Positions 17,791 through 25,285 of a stretch of DNA of 27,123 bases are shown in pieces; the stretch's first letter is position 1, and each line of letters begins with the position of its first letter. This stretch comes from Candidatus Aenigmatarchaeota archaeon. Lineage in GTDB: Archaea > Aenigmatarchaeota > Aenigmatarchaeia > GW2011-AR5 > JAGGXF01. The notes under the pieces were generated by a model. It was not told where the DNA came from, did not search any database, and saw only the letters and a program-made list of their open reading frames with translations. Where the stretch lies: contig JAOZPR010000002.1 of the NCBI GenBank assembly GCA_029932645.1, positions 17,211 to 44,333 of the forward strand. Direction: 5' to 3'. A program made the translations under genes and the position numbers.

Positions 17791-17883
17791 ATAATTACTT
17801 TGAGTTGTTATTATCCAATGGGGCGTGTTGAACACAGTGTCGTACGCATATACGATATAATCTCATAGTTGATGGTGTCTATC

Positions 17884-19887
17884 ATGGATGTTAAAGCAAG
17901 ATTTGAAGAGTTTCTGAAAAGCAATTACTACAACGACTTACTCCAACTATGCAAAGAAGGAAAGACTTCTTTGGTAATTGACTTCTCATTGCTTGACCGC
18001 TTCGACCCGATGGTTGCTGACCAGCTTTTGGAGGAACCTGAAAAAACTCTTGACGAGTTCCAAGATGCCATCAACAATATAGATCTTCCGGAGTATGCTG
18101 AAATCACGGTAAGGGTGAGAAATCTGCCAGAGCGCAGAAATATCAGAATAAGAAACCTGCGTGCCAAGCACCTTGACAAGTTTTTTTGCATAGACGGCAT
18201 TGTGAAATCAGCCTCGGAAGTCAAGCCACAGGTTTACTTGGCTGTCTATAAGTGTCCGGACTGTGGTTCCCTGATAGAAGTGGAACAAACGGGAAAAATA
18301 ATGAGAGCGCCGAACTTCTGTGAATGCGGGAGAAGATCCGGCTTCCAGCTTGTTGAAAAAAAGATGGTCGATGTTCGATGGCTGCGCGTCAATGAGCCGT
18401 TTGAGATTACGACAGGTGAGCGCCCGGGAGAAATAGCTGTTTTTCTCAAAGGCGACCTAACAACACCGGAAATACAGCGAAAGACAGACCCCGGTAATAG
18501 GATAAAAATCATAGGCATTGTGAAGGAACTACCTATCCGAATATCTGGCAGAGAGTCCACAAAGCGTGACATATATATAAATACGAATTATGTTGAACCT
18601 TCTGATATCGAGTATGAGGAGCTTGAGATTACAGAAGAAGATGAAAAAAAGATAAAGGAACTCGCAGAAGATCCGAAAATATTTGAAAAGCTCAGCAGTT
18701 CTATAGCACCGACCATTTATGGTTTTGAAGAAATTAAAGAGGCAATTGTCATGCAGATGTTCGGTGGCGTGCCTCACAAGATGCCGGACGGCACACGGGT
18801 AAGAGGCAACATCCATATACTGATAACAGGCGACCCAGGCACTGGTAAAAGCCAAATCTTGAAACTCGTTAGTGATGTGATACCACGTGGCAAATACGTC
18901 TCTGGTAAGGGTGTGACAGGCGCCGGCCTTACAGCAAGCGTCAGAAAAGAGGAAGAACTGTCGGGTGGCTGGGTTCTCGAGGCAGGTGCGCTTGTCCTGG
19001 CAAACAAGGGACTGATAAGTATAGACGAATTTGACAAGATGAACAAAGATGACCAGATAGCCATGCACGAGGCAATGTCCCTGGAGACCATAAGCATAGC
19101 CAAGGCAAGTATAACAGCCACGTTACCTAGCCAGACAGCTGTTCTTGCTGCTGCCAACCCGAAGTTCGGACGATTCGATCCGATGCGGTCCATAATAGAA
19201 CAGATACAGATACCAGAAACCCTTATGAGCAGGTTTGATTTAAAGTTCGCACTGAGAGACCTGCCTGACCGTGCCAGGGATGACCACCTGGCTGAGCACA
19301 TACTCACATCAAGGATATCACCAGAAACAGTTTTGCCAATAATTCCCCCGTCTCTGCTTAGGAAATATCTGGCGTATGCAAAGATGAGATGTACGGAGAT
19401 GAAACTGACAAAAGAGACATCTAAAGTTTTGAAAGACTTCTATGTGGATATGCGAAACAGGTACGCAGGCGAGGAATTGACACCCGTATCAATAACCTTG
19501 CGACAGTACGAGGCGCTGCTCAGGATGGCCGAGGCTTCTGCCAAGATAAGACTTGATAATAAAATCACTGTAGAGGACGCGCAGCGTGCGATTAAAATTA
19601 TGAAATTCTCATTGCGTCAGTTAGGATACGAGCCAGAGACAGGAAAGATAGACATAGACCGTATCGAGTCAGGCATAACAACCAGCCAGCGTAGCAGAAT
19701 CAGGGCTGTGCTCGAAATTATAGACGCCCTGCAAGAAGGGGAAAAGGAGGTTTCTGTCGAGGATGTTAAGGCATCTGCGTCAGAAACACGCGGTATGTCA
19801 GATGCAGATGTTATCGAAATCATTGACAGGCTCAAGAGGGACGGCACAATATTCGAGCCCAGGGCAGGTTATATTAGGAGAGTATAA
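17884..19887 (+). CDS. mcm: Replicative helicase MCM
   Basis: C4 Zn finger CPDC...CEC, Walker A GDPGTGKS, LEAGAL, Walker B IDEFDKM, AAANP, arginine finger SRFD and a C-terminal winged helix. No intein. Start placed at the ATG after GGTG. Confidence 0.97.
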   Translation: MDVKARFEEFLKSNYYNDLLQLCKEGKTSLVIDFSLLDRFDPMVADQLLEEPEKTLDEFQDAINNIDLPEYAEITVRVRNLPERRNIRIRNLRAKHLDKFFCIDGIVKSASEVKPQVYLAVYKCPDCGSLIEVEQTGKIMRAPNFCECGRRSGFQLVEKKMVDVRWLRVNEPFEITTGERPGEIAVFLKGDLTTPEIQRKTDPGNRIKIIGIVKELPIRISGRESTKRDIYINTNYVEPSDIEYEELEITEEDEKKIKELAEDPKIFEKLSSSIAPTIYGFEEIKEAIVMQMFGGVPHKMPDGTRVRGNIHILITGDPGTGKSQILKLVSDVIPRGKYVSGKGVTGAGLTASVRKEEELSGGWVLEAGALVLANKGLISIDEFDKMNKDDQIAMHEAMSLETISIAKASITATLPSQTAVLAAANPKFGRFDPMRSIIEQIQIPETLMSRFDLKFALRDLPDRARDDHLAEHILTSRISPETVLPIIPPSLLRKYLAYAKMRCTEMKLTKETSKVLKDFYVDMRNRYAGEELTPVSITLRQYEALLRMAEASAKIRLDNKITVEDAQRAIKIMKFSLRQLGYEPETGKIDIDRIESGITTSQRSRIRAVLEIIDALQEGEKEVSVEDVKASASETRGMSDADVIEIIDRLKRDGTIFEPRAGYIRRV

Positions 19888-19889
19888 GG

Positions 19890-20579
19890 CTAGGAAGTTG
19901 CTTTAGTTGAAGATATTCCATTTGCCCGATTTCTCATCCTTTCCTTCCATGAATCGTAGTCAGCAACTGTTTTTCTCATCTCGTCTACTATTTCTTTTAA
20001 ATCTGTTTGAAGGTTGTCTACCCTTTGGAACATCTCTGCTATATCAAAACGCACAATATTCATTCTATATTCGAAAAATATTTTAATAATATTAACAGCA
20101 TCTTTCTTTTCTTCATCTTTTATATATTTGAAGAAATTTTTTAGTATAGAATCTTTTTTTTCATAGTGTTTACCATAATAAGATTCTGCAATATATTCTA
20201 TACTATTCTTTACTTTAGGATAGTCTTTTGTGCCTAAATCGAGGTCTTCGCGAGATTTTTTAGATATTTTATTCAAATTATTTTTGTCGTAGCTCTTACC
20301 TTTCATCTTATCTAATGCGAACCCCACATCCCACATAAATGATTTTATTTCATTTTCATAACCGGCCAAAAAAGATTTTAGATATTCCAAACAAAGCTCT
20401 TCATTGTTTTTATGTTTATTCAAAATATCCACAAAGTTTTCATACCAAATACTCGGGGTATCGCCTTTAACATAAGAGTCTGCAGTCAAAAAACCCATAA
20501 CTTTACACTGCTCTAATTCAGAACAATTCCCATAGCTATCTACTTCATTATTTATAGACACAAAATCACTATTTAACAC
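19890..20579 (-). CDS. Very AT-rich hypothetical protein
   Basis: 229-codon ORF whose GTG start overlaps the upstream gene end. No recognised motif, and the start is uncertain. Confidence 0.65.
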   Translation of the reverse strand: MLNSDFVSINNEVDSYGNCSELEQCKVMGFLTADSYVKGDTPSIWYENFVDILNKHKNNEELCLEYLKSFLAGYENEIKSFMWDVGFALDKMKGKSYDKNNLNKISKKSREDLDLGTKDYPKVKNSIEYIAESYYGKHYEKKDSILKNFFKYIKDEEKKDAVNIIKIFFEYRMNIVRFDIAEMFQRVDNLQTDLKEIVDEMRKTVADYDSWKERMRNRANGISSTKATS

Positions 20580-20827
20580 AATCTTTTAATCATCTTGTAC
20601 TCTTTGATTACGTACCCCAGAAATTTATTTCTTTCGCCAAGGTCCACTGCTATTTTTCTGGCTAGAGATGGGTTGTGCTTGAATATCACGAAAAGTTGCT
20701 CTTTCATAAAGTCGTAGAAGTCGAGTGTTTCACCTTTGAGCGTCTTCTTCAGCTTTTTTTCGTCCTTGTCAGATATTCCAAGGATATCATCATGAGCCAT
20801 ATCAACCAGTTTTTCCATAAAATCCAT
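20573..20827 (-). CDS. Small hypothetical protein
   Basis: GGTGA SD before ATG 20827 (MDFMEKL). Charged, helical composition. Confidence 0.7.
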   Translation of the reverse strand: MDFMEKLVDMAHDDILGISDKDEKKLKKTLKGETLDFYDFMKEQLFVIFKHNPSLARKIAVDLGERNKFLGYVIKEYKMIKRLC

Positions 20828-20869
20828 TATAATCACCACTCATTAGTAATTATTAATTCACTTCTTTAA

Positions 20870-20897
20870 TTATATACTACTATTTGGTGGTATATAA
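20870..20897. promoter_or_regulatory. Inverted repeat TTATATACTAC-N6-GTGGTATATAA between divergent genes
   Basis: 10 of 11 positions complementary, with TATA-like ends. Confidence 0.45.
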
Positions 20898-20998
20898 AGA
20901 TTTCGGTAGGCCAAAACATAGCGAAAACACGGCAGTTACAGGTGTGAGAAGGCTTTTTTCACGGTCTGTTTTAAAAAGATTTGCCGCTATTTATATTC

Positions 20999-21748
20999 AT
21001 GCCAGAGCAAAAGCGCTTGACAGCGGTAAAATGCACGATAAAAGACCTGACCAGTGGTCAGTACATAAAACAAGAAGGGTTCAACCCGAACTATATTCTT
21101 ACACCGCTTGGTAGGATGATTTCCCGTGCCAGGATAATGGCTTTTGTCGTTCACAAGTATCAGTCAGAGAACAGGGAGTACTCAGCCATAACCATAGATG
21201 ATGGCACAGACACTATAAGAGCAAAGGCGTTCAAGGGCATGTTGATATTCGACGGTGTTGAGCAAGGGGATCTTGTGGACGTGATAGGCAAGGTTAGGCA
21301 ATGGAACGAAGAGATTTACATAATACCCGAGATAGTGTACAAGGTGGAAGACCTGAACAGCATCACGCTGAGAAGGCTTGAACTCAAGAAGCAGGAAGAA
21401 GAGGACAGAAAAATAAAGAAGATGGTCCAGGAAAAGCAAAAGGAAACATCAGATCTCGACGAGCTCAAGCGGCTTATGCAGGAAAGGCACCATATAGAGC
21501 CAGAGCGTGTTGAGGCAATCATCGCATCAGAAGAGATGACAGAGACAGAAAAGCCAAAAGACACTGGAAAGAGCAAGGAGCAGGTGCTCGAACTCATTGA
21601 AAAGCTCGATTCTGGTGAAGGCGCAGACTATACGGACATAATCGAAGAATCCGGCTTAGACGAACAGACCATTGACCCGATAATAAATGAACTCTTGGCT
21701 GACGGTGCGTGCTTCGAGCCCAAGCCCGGCAGGATAAAGAAGCTGTAA
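20999..21748 (+). CDS. RPA32/RPA2-like ssDNA-binding protein (OB fold + C-terminal winged helix)
   Basis: KRLTAVK...ISRARI...IDDGTDTIRAKAF...GDLVDVIGKVR...IIPEIV OB fold, charged linker, and a wH ending GACFEPKPGRIKKL. TTTTAAAAA box ~21 nt upstream. Confidence 0.85.
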   Translation: MPEQKRLTAVKCTIKDLTSGQYIKQEGFNPNYILTPLGRMISRARIMAFVVHKYQSENREYSAITIDDGTDTIRAKAFKGMLIFDGVEQGDLVDVIGKVRQWNEEIYIIPEIVYKVEDLNSITLRRLELKKQEEEDRKIKKMVQEKQKETSDLDELKRLMQERHHIEPERVEAIIASEEMTETEKPKDTGKSKEQVLELIEKLDSGEGADYTDIIEESGLDEQTIDPIINELLADGACFEPKPGRIKKL

Positions 21749-21808
21749 ACGCAGAAATTATAAATTATTAATATTTCCTTTAGAGAATAATTACCACAGG
21801 ATGTTTTT

Positions 21809-21970
21809 ATGAGCGCAGTAAAAACCTTGCGAGGAATCTGGAGAACATTTTTCTGGCTTGTGCGGGAAGAATGGGGCGAGATGGATCACAAGCTCTTAAA
21901 AATCGTTAGTGGCGCCATAAGCCTTGTAATTGCTGTGGCTTTCTGGTATTTTTTATTCAGAGGATTTTAG
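21809..21970 (+). CDS. 53-aa membrane peptide not in the ORF track
   Basis: Own translation: MSAVKTLRGIWRTFFWLVREEWGEMDHKLLKIVSGAISLVIAVAFWYFLFRGF*. It fills the gap after the RPA gene, has a C-terminal TM, and overlaps the DUF357 end by 18 nt. Confidence 0.6.
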   Translation: MSAVKTLRGIWRTFFWLVREEWGEMDHKLLKIVSGAISLVIAVAFWYFLFRGF

Positions 21971-22201
21971 TTCCCCCATTTCTAATCCTATTTCTAACCA
22001 AGACCATGCCCAGATGACCGCTTCGAAAGCGCGGACAAGGTCGCCTTTCTCCAGAAAATGTTTCGAGTCGCTTACGTAAGCATGGATGTTTTTCAGAAAC
22101 TGGTCTCCTTTTTCTTTGCTATTCACGTTCACGTTCGGTAGCTTTTGTTCTATCTTTTCGAGCCATTTTTTGGTTTCTGCTCTTAATTCATCTTCAATCA
22201 T
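21953..22201 (-). CDS. DUF357 family protein
   Basis: NIHAYVSDSKHFLEKGDLVRAFEAVIWAWSWLE signature. Starts 2 nt after the dph5 stop. Confidence 0.88.
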   Translation of the reverse strand: MIEDELRAETKKWLEKIEQKLPNVNVNSKEKGDQFLKNIHAYVSDSKHFLEKGDLVRAFEAVIWAWSWLEIGLEMGELKSSE

Positions 22202-22203
22202 TA

Positions 22204-22962
22204 TCACACCATTATTTTTTCATTATTTTTATTATGCCACATGTTTAGGGCTTCTTCTTCTTTGAAGTGAAGGCTGGCCGGGATAATAATGCATGCGGGC
22301 GTGTCGAATTCATCATGCACGAGTCGTTCTATTATGTCGTATCTTATCACACGCTTTTCCGTGCCTAGGCATGCGCAGGCCACGATTTTCTTGTTGTTCA
22401 GCATGTCCTTTTTGTCAGCATCTTCTATTATTTTCAGCGCTTCTTTTACTGCCATAGGCTCTGGCTCGACATCAAGCAACACAAGCGTGTGTAACCCATG
22501 CTCTAAATTCTTGTAAATCTTCGCTATCCAGCTTGTGGGTTTGTAATTTTCCTGCGGCTTAGGCAGCGAAACAGTCTCACCAAACTTATATATCTGCAGA
22601 CCTGTTTCAGCAATAACAGAAAATATGCTTGGCGCATGCACGATTCGCAACGGCAGGCCCATCTTTTCAGCAGACAGCATAACCTCTATATGCGTTGTCG
22701 CTGTGAAAGGATCGCCGGGAACAAGTATGGCAATGCTCTGGTCTTTCGCATCTTTCAAAACTTTATCCAGACCCTCTTCCATATCTTTTCTTTCCAGTAT
22801 CTCTATCTTTTTTCTGGCCAGTTTCTCTAGATTTTTTTTGAATCCAATCCATTTGCTCGTGTATCCTTCAATATATACCTTCTGACAATTGACCAACGCT
22901 TCTACGGCCTTCAGCGACAGGTCTTTTTCCTGCATGCCTATACCGACAAGATACAACATCAT
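22204..22962 (-). CDS. dph5: Diphthine synthase (SAM-dependent methyltransferase)
   Basis: LYLVGIG, YIEGYTS, GDPFTATTH, GLQIYKFG, GLHTLVLLD and LHFKEEEAL. The start is 22962 or 22959. Confidence 0.95.
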   Translation of the reverse strand: MMLYLVGIGMQEKDLSLKAVEALVNCQKVYIEGYTSKWIGFKKNLEKLARKKIEILERKDMEEGLDKVLKDAKDQSIAILVPGDPFTATTHIEVMLSAEKMGLPLRIVHAPSIFSVIAETGLQIYKFGETVSLPKPQENYKPTSWIAKIYKNLEHGLHTLVLLDVEPEPMAVKEALKIIEDADKKDMLNNKKIVACACLGTEKRVIRYDIIERLVHDEFDTPACIIIPASLHFKEEEALNMWHNKNNEKIMV

Positions 22963-23091
22963 TATCACTGAGATAATGTTGATAGAAACTTTAAAACATG
23001 TTTCTAGTCATATATAAAGTTATTTTTCGTCAATTGTCGTACAAAAAACTTTTTATTATGATTGGTCAGATATTTGTTTAGGTGATAACCA

Positions 23092-23373
23092 ATGGTTTTT
23101 GAAGGATTGGTAGGATATGCAATTGCTGTCCTATTCGGACTAGCATTGGCAGAGTACACCAAAATCAAGAAGAAAGGAATCGAGAAACCATTCGCATGGA
23201 TCATGGGCGGCGCAATATTAATCCTGGTTTCCAGCTTGTTTGCACTACCATGGGGATGGACAATCTTTAGCATTGCAACAATAGGAATAATCGGTGAAAT
23301 AGTTGGTATACTTGGTTTCATTGCCGTGCTGGTAGGTGGCCTTTGGGCTGTCTATGAGCTATTGTTCGGTTAA
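23092..23373 (+). CDS. Small three-TM membrane protein
   Basis: GGTGA SD, an upstream ACAAAAAACTTTTTA BRE/TATA-like box and three hydrophobic helices. Confidence 0.8.
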   Translation: MVFEGLVGYAIAVLFGLALAEYTKIKKKGIEKPFAWIMGGAILILVSSLFALPWGWTIFSIATIGIIGEIVGILGFIAVLVGGLWAVYELLFG

Positions 23374-23390
23374 GAACCAAGACTCTGTCC

Positions 23391-23428
23391 AGCTGCTTCG
23401 GCAGCTATTCTTTTTTCTTTTGTTTTAA
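23391..23428 (+). terminator. Hairpin AGCTGC-TTCG-GCAGCT followed by a T-rich tract
   Basis: Perfect 6-bp stem with a C(UUCG)G tetraloop, 17 nt after the stop at 23373, followed by ATTCTTTTTTCTTTTGTTTT. Confidence 0.65.
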
Positions 23429-23475
23429 TTGTTCTTTGCGTATTGGAATGCCTCAGAATAAGATATCATATCAGA

Positions 23476-24261
23476 TTATTTCTTCTTACTCAGAACCCTT
23501 TTGATTATCTGCGCTGCCAGGAACCCAGTATTGCTGGGCAGCGAGCGGTCAGCTATTTCCACGATGTCCATACTGCCTATATTATAATTACAAATAGTAT
23601 CAATGATGACGAAAACCTGCTCCGGCCGCAGCCCGCCAGGTTCTGGCAGGCCAGTTTGAACATATGGCGGGTCAAAAACGTCCATATCAACCGTGAGATG
23701 TACTGGGCCAGCCAGTTTTGGTATGTTTGCAACATCTTTGATTTGTTCAGCCCGAGATAAATCATCTTCTTTTGACCACGACCGTACGCCCAGCTGCATA
23801 ATTTTAGAAATCTTTGACGCATGATATGCCCATGTCACGTGACTGTACTTCAACCCAAGATATTCAGGCCTCAGGTCAGCATGGGCATCCAGCTGAACAA
23901 TGGTTTTGGGCCGCAGCTCCTCAACTATGGGCAGGCTTATCAGGTGCTCGCCACCGACAAAAATCAAAAACGCATTAGGATTGGCACTTCGTATATCCTT
24001 TATTGTTTCCCTCAGCCTTTCTGCTGTGAGATCATAAGAGCCTGTTACAACCTCAAGGTCGCCGACATCACATATCTTCTCGAAGACGTTCCTTTTATCG
24101 TCCCAGTCTTCTGTCAGTTTCAGCGACTCGCGAACCACGACAGGTCCATATTGGCTTGTCTCACTCACAGACGTAGACGAAAAAGGAACCCCAATAAACA
24201 CGACCTCAGCCTCTTCTAACGAGTGGTTATATGGCACGAATGTGTTTGTTGTGTATAACAT
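23476..24261 (-). CDS. speB: Agmatinase / arginase-family ureohydrolase
   Basis: GVPF, GP, DVGDL, GGEH, DAHAD, DMDVFDP, PEPGG and DIVE metal-binding motifs. Confidence 0.85.
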   Translation of the reverse strand: MLYTTNTFVPYNHSLEEAEVVFIGVPFSSTSVSETSQYGPVVVRESLKLTEDWDDKRNVFEKICDVGDLEVVTGSYDLTAERLRETIKDIRSANPNAFLIFVGGEHLISLPIVEELRPKTIVQLDAHADLRPEYLGLKYSHVTWAYHASKISKIMQLGVRSWSKEDDLSRAEQIKDVANIPKLAGPVHLTVDMDVFDPPYVQTGLPEPGGLRPEQVFVIIDTICNYNIGSMDIVEIADRSLPSNTGFLAAQIIKRVLSKKK

Positions 24262-24278
24262 GATTACACCTACCAAAC

Positions 24279-24530
24279 TTATTTGCCTAGAAATCTTTTA
24301 ATCTTATATATACCCAAAGCAAGCAACAGTCCTTTTTTGTTGCATTTTTCCAATTCTGAAAACAACCCCGGATGATATAATTCTAATTTCTCTCTTTTTA
24401 AATTTCCACGTATATAATCCCAAACAAGTTTATCAGTGTCCACGAAGGGGGTTTGTTCCCTTAATTCGTTGAACTCTTTCCAAGAGGACCTAACCCACGA
24501 ATATAAAGGGATGTGAGAGAGTTTTGACAT
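24279..24530 (-). CDS. Small AT-rich hypothetical protein
   Basis: 83-codon ORF with a GGTG SD, packed 10 and 17 nt from its co-directional neighbours. Confidence 0.65.
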   Translation of the reverse strand: MSKLSHIPLYSWVRSSWKEFNELREQTPFVDTDKLVWDYIRGNLKREKLELYHPGLFSELEKCNKKGLLLALGIYKIKRFLGK

Positions 24531-24540
24531 AAATAAACAC

Positions 24541-25269
24541 CTATAATTTCTTATCCTGTTTTGTTATCACTTTCCTTATTTTCCGGTTTTTTTTCTCTTC
24601 GCTACCACGCTTATATTCGCTTTTTAATATATTTTTGAAGCGTGCCACAAGCTCATTACCAATACCCTGCACCTGCTTCAGCTCCTCTTCAGACGCTGTG
24701 AAAACCTTTTCCGGCGTTTTCAGATGAGTTAGCAAACGACGCGCAAGCGTCGTGGACACAGATGGCAGGCCCGCGACCAAAAACTCTTGCGCTTCTTCGA
24801 GCGTTCTGAATTTTCTCTTAACACGGATGCTGACCTCTCTTTTCTTGCCAAGCTGTTCGCGCTTGGCTATCTGATAAAGCAGACCAGCTGTTTCCTTCGC
24901 GTCCTTGGTCCAGAGAATCGGAATCTGATAATCTATGGCTATAGAACCCAATGCGCCACGCAGCGCGTTCTTGGTTATACGCTCATTGAATTCATCGCTT
25001 TCCAGAACCAGGACAGGCCTTTGGACCTGCCGCAACGCAATCAATTGATTAAACAACCTGCCATCGAGAATACTCTGAACAAAATCAGCAGCAGTTTTCC
25101 TTTCTATCAAAACACGGTCAGACAACACAAAATCGCCAACAGGCAGCTGTCTTTCCTCGATAACACAGTCATATTCATTAAGCAGGTCTTTGACAAGCTG
25201 CTCTCTGTTATCAAGAATTATTTTAACTTTTTTTTGCTCTTTTTTCTCCTCTTTCTTTTCGTTAGCCAT
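24541..25269 (-). CDS. ERCC4/XPF-family structure-specific nuclease (Hef nuclease half)
   Basis: IILDNRE, LPVGDF, ERKxxxDF and SILDGRLFNQ, plus tandem HhH (LPSVS..., VQGIG). Own GGGTGA SD. Confidence 0.92.
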   Translation of the reverse strand: MANEKKEEKKEQKKVKIILDNREQLVKDLLNEYDCVIEERQLPVGDFVLSDRVLIERKTAADFVQSILDGRLFNQLIALRQVQRPVLVLESDEFNERITKNALRGALGSIAIDYQIPILWTKDAKETAGLLYQIAKREQLGKKREVSIRVKRKFRTLEEAQEFLVAGLPSVSTTLARRLLTHLKTPEKVFTASEEELKQVQGIGNELVARFKNILKSEYKRGSEEKKNRKIRKVITKQDKKL

Positions 25270-25285
25270 GGTAATTCACCCAGCC

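Noticed and set aside
13684..19847. Numerous antisense or alternate-frame ORFs over the ATPase, tbp and mcm (and similar ones elsewhere)
   Set aside because: These are shadow ORFs of well-supported genes with no motifs or start signals.
17884..19887. Possible intein in MCM
   Set aside because: The length is normal and the Walker A and Walker B regions are uninterrupted.
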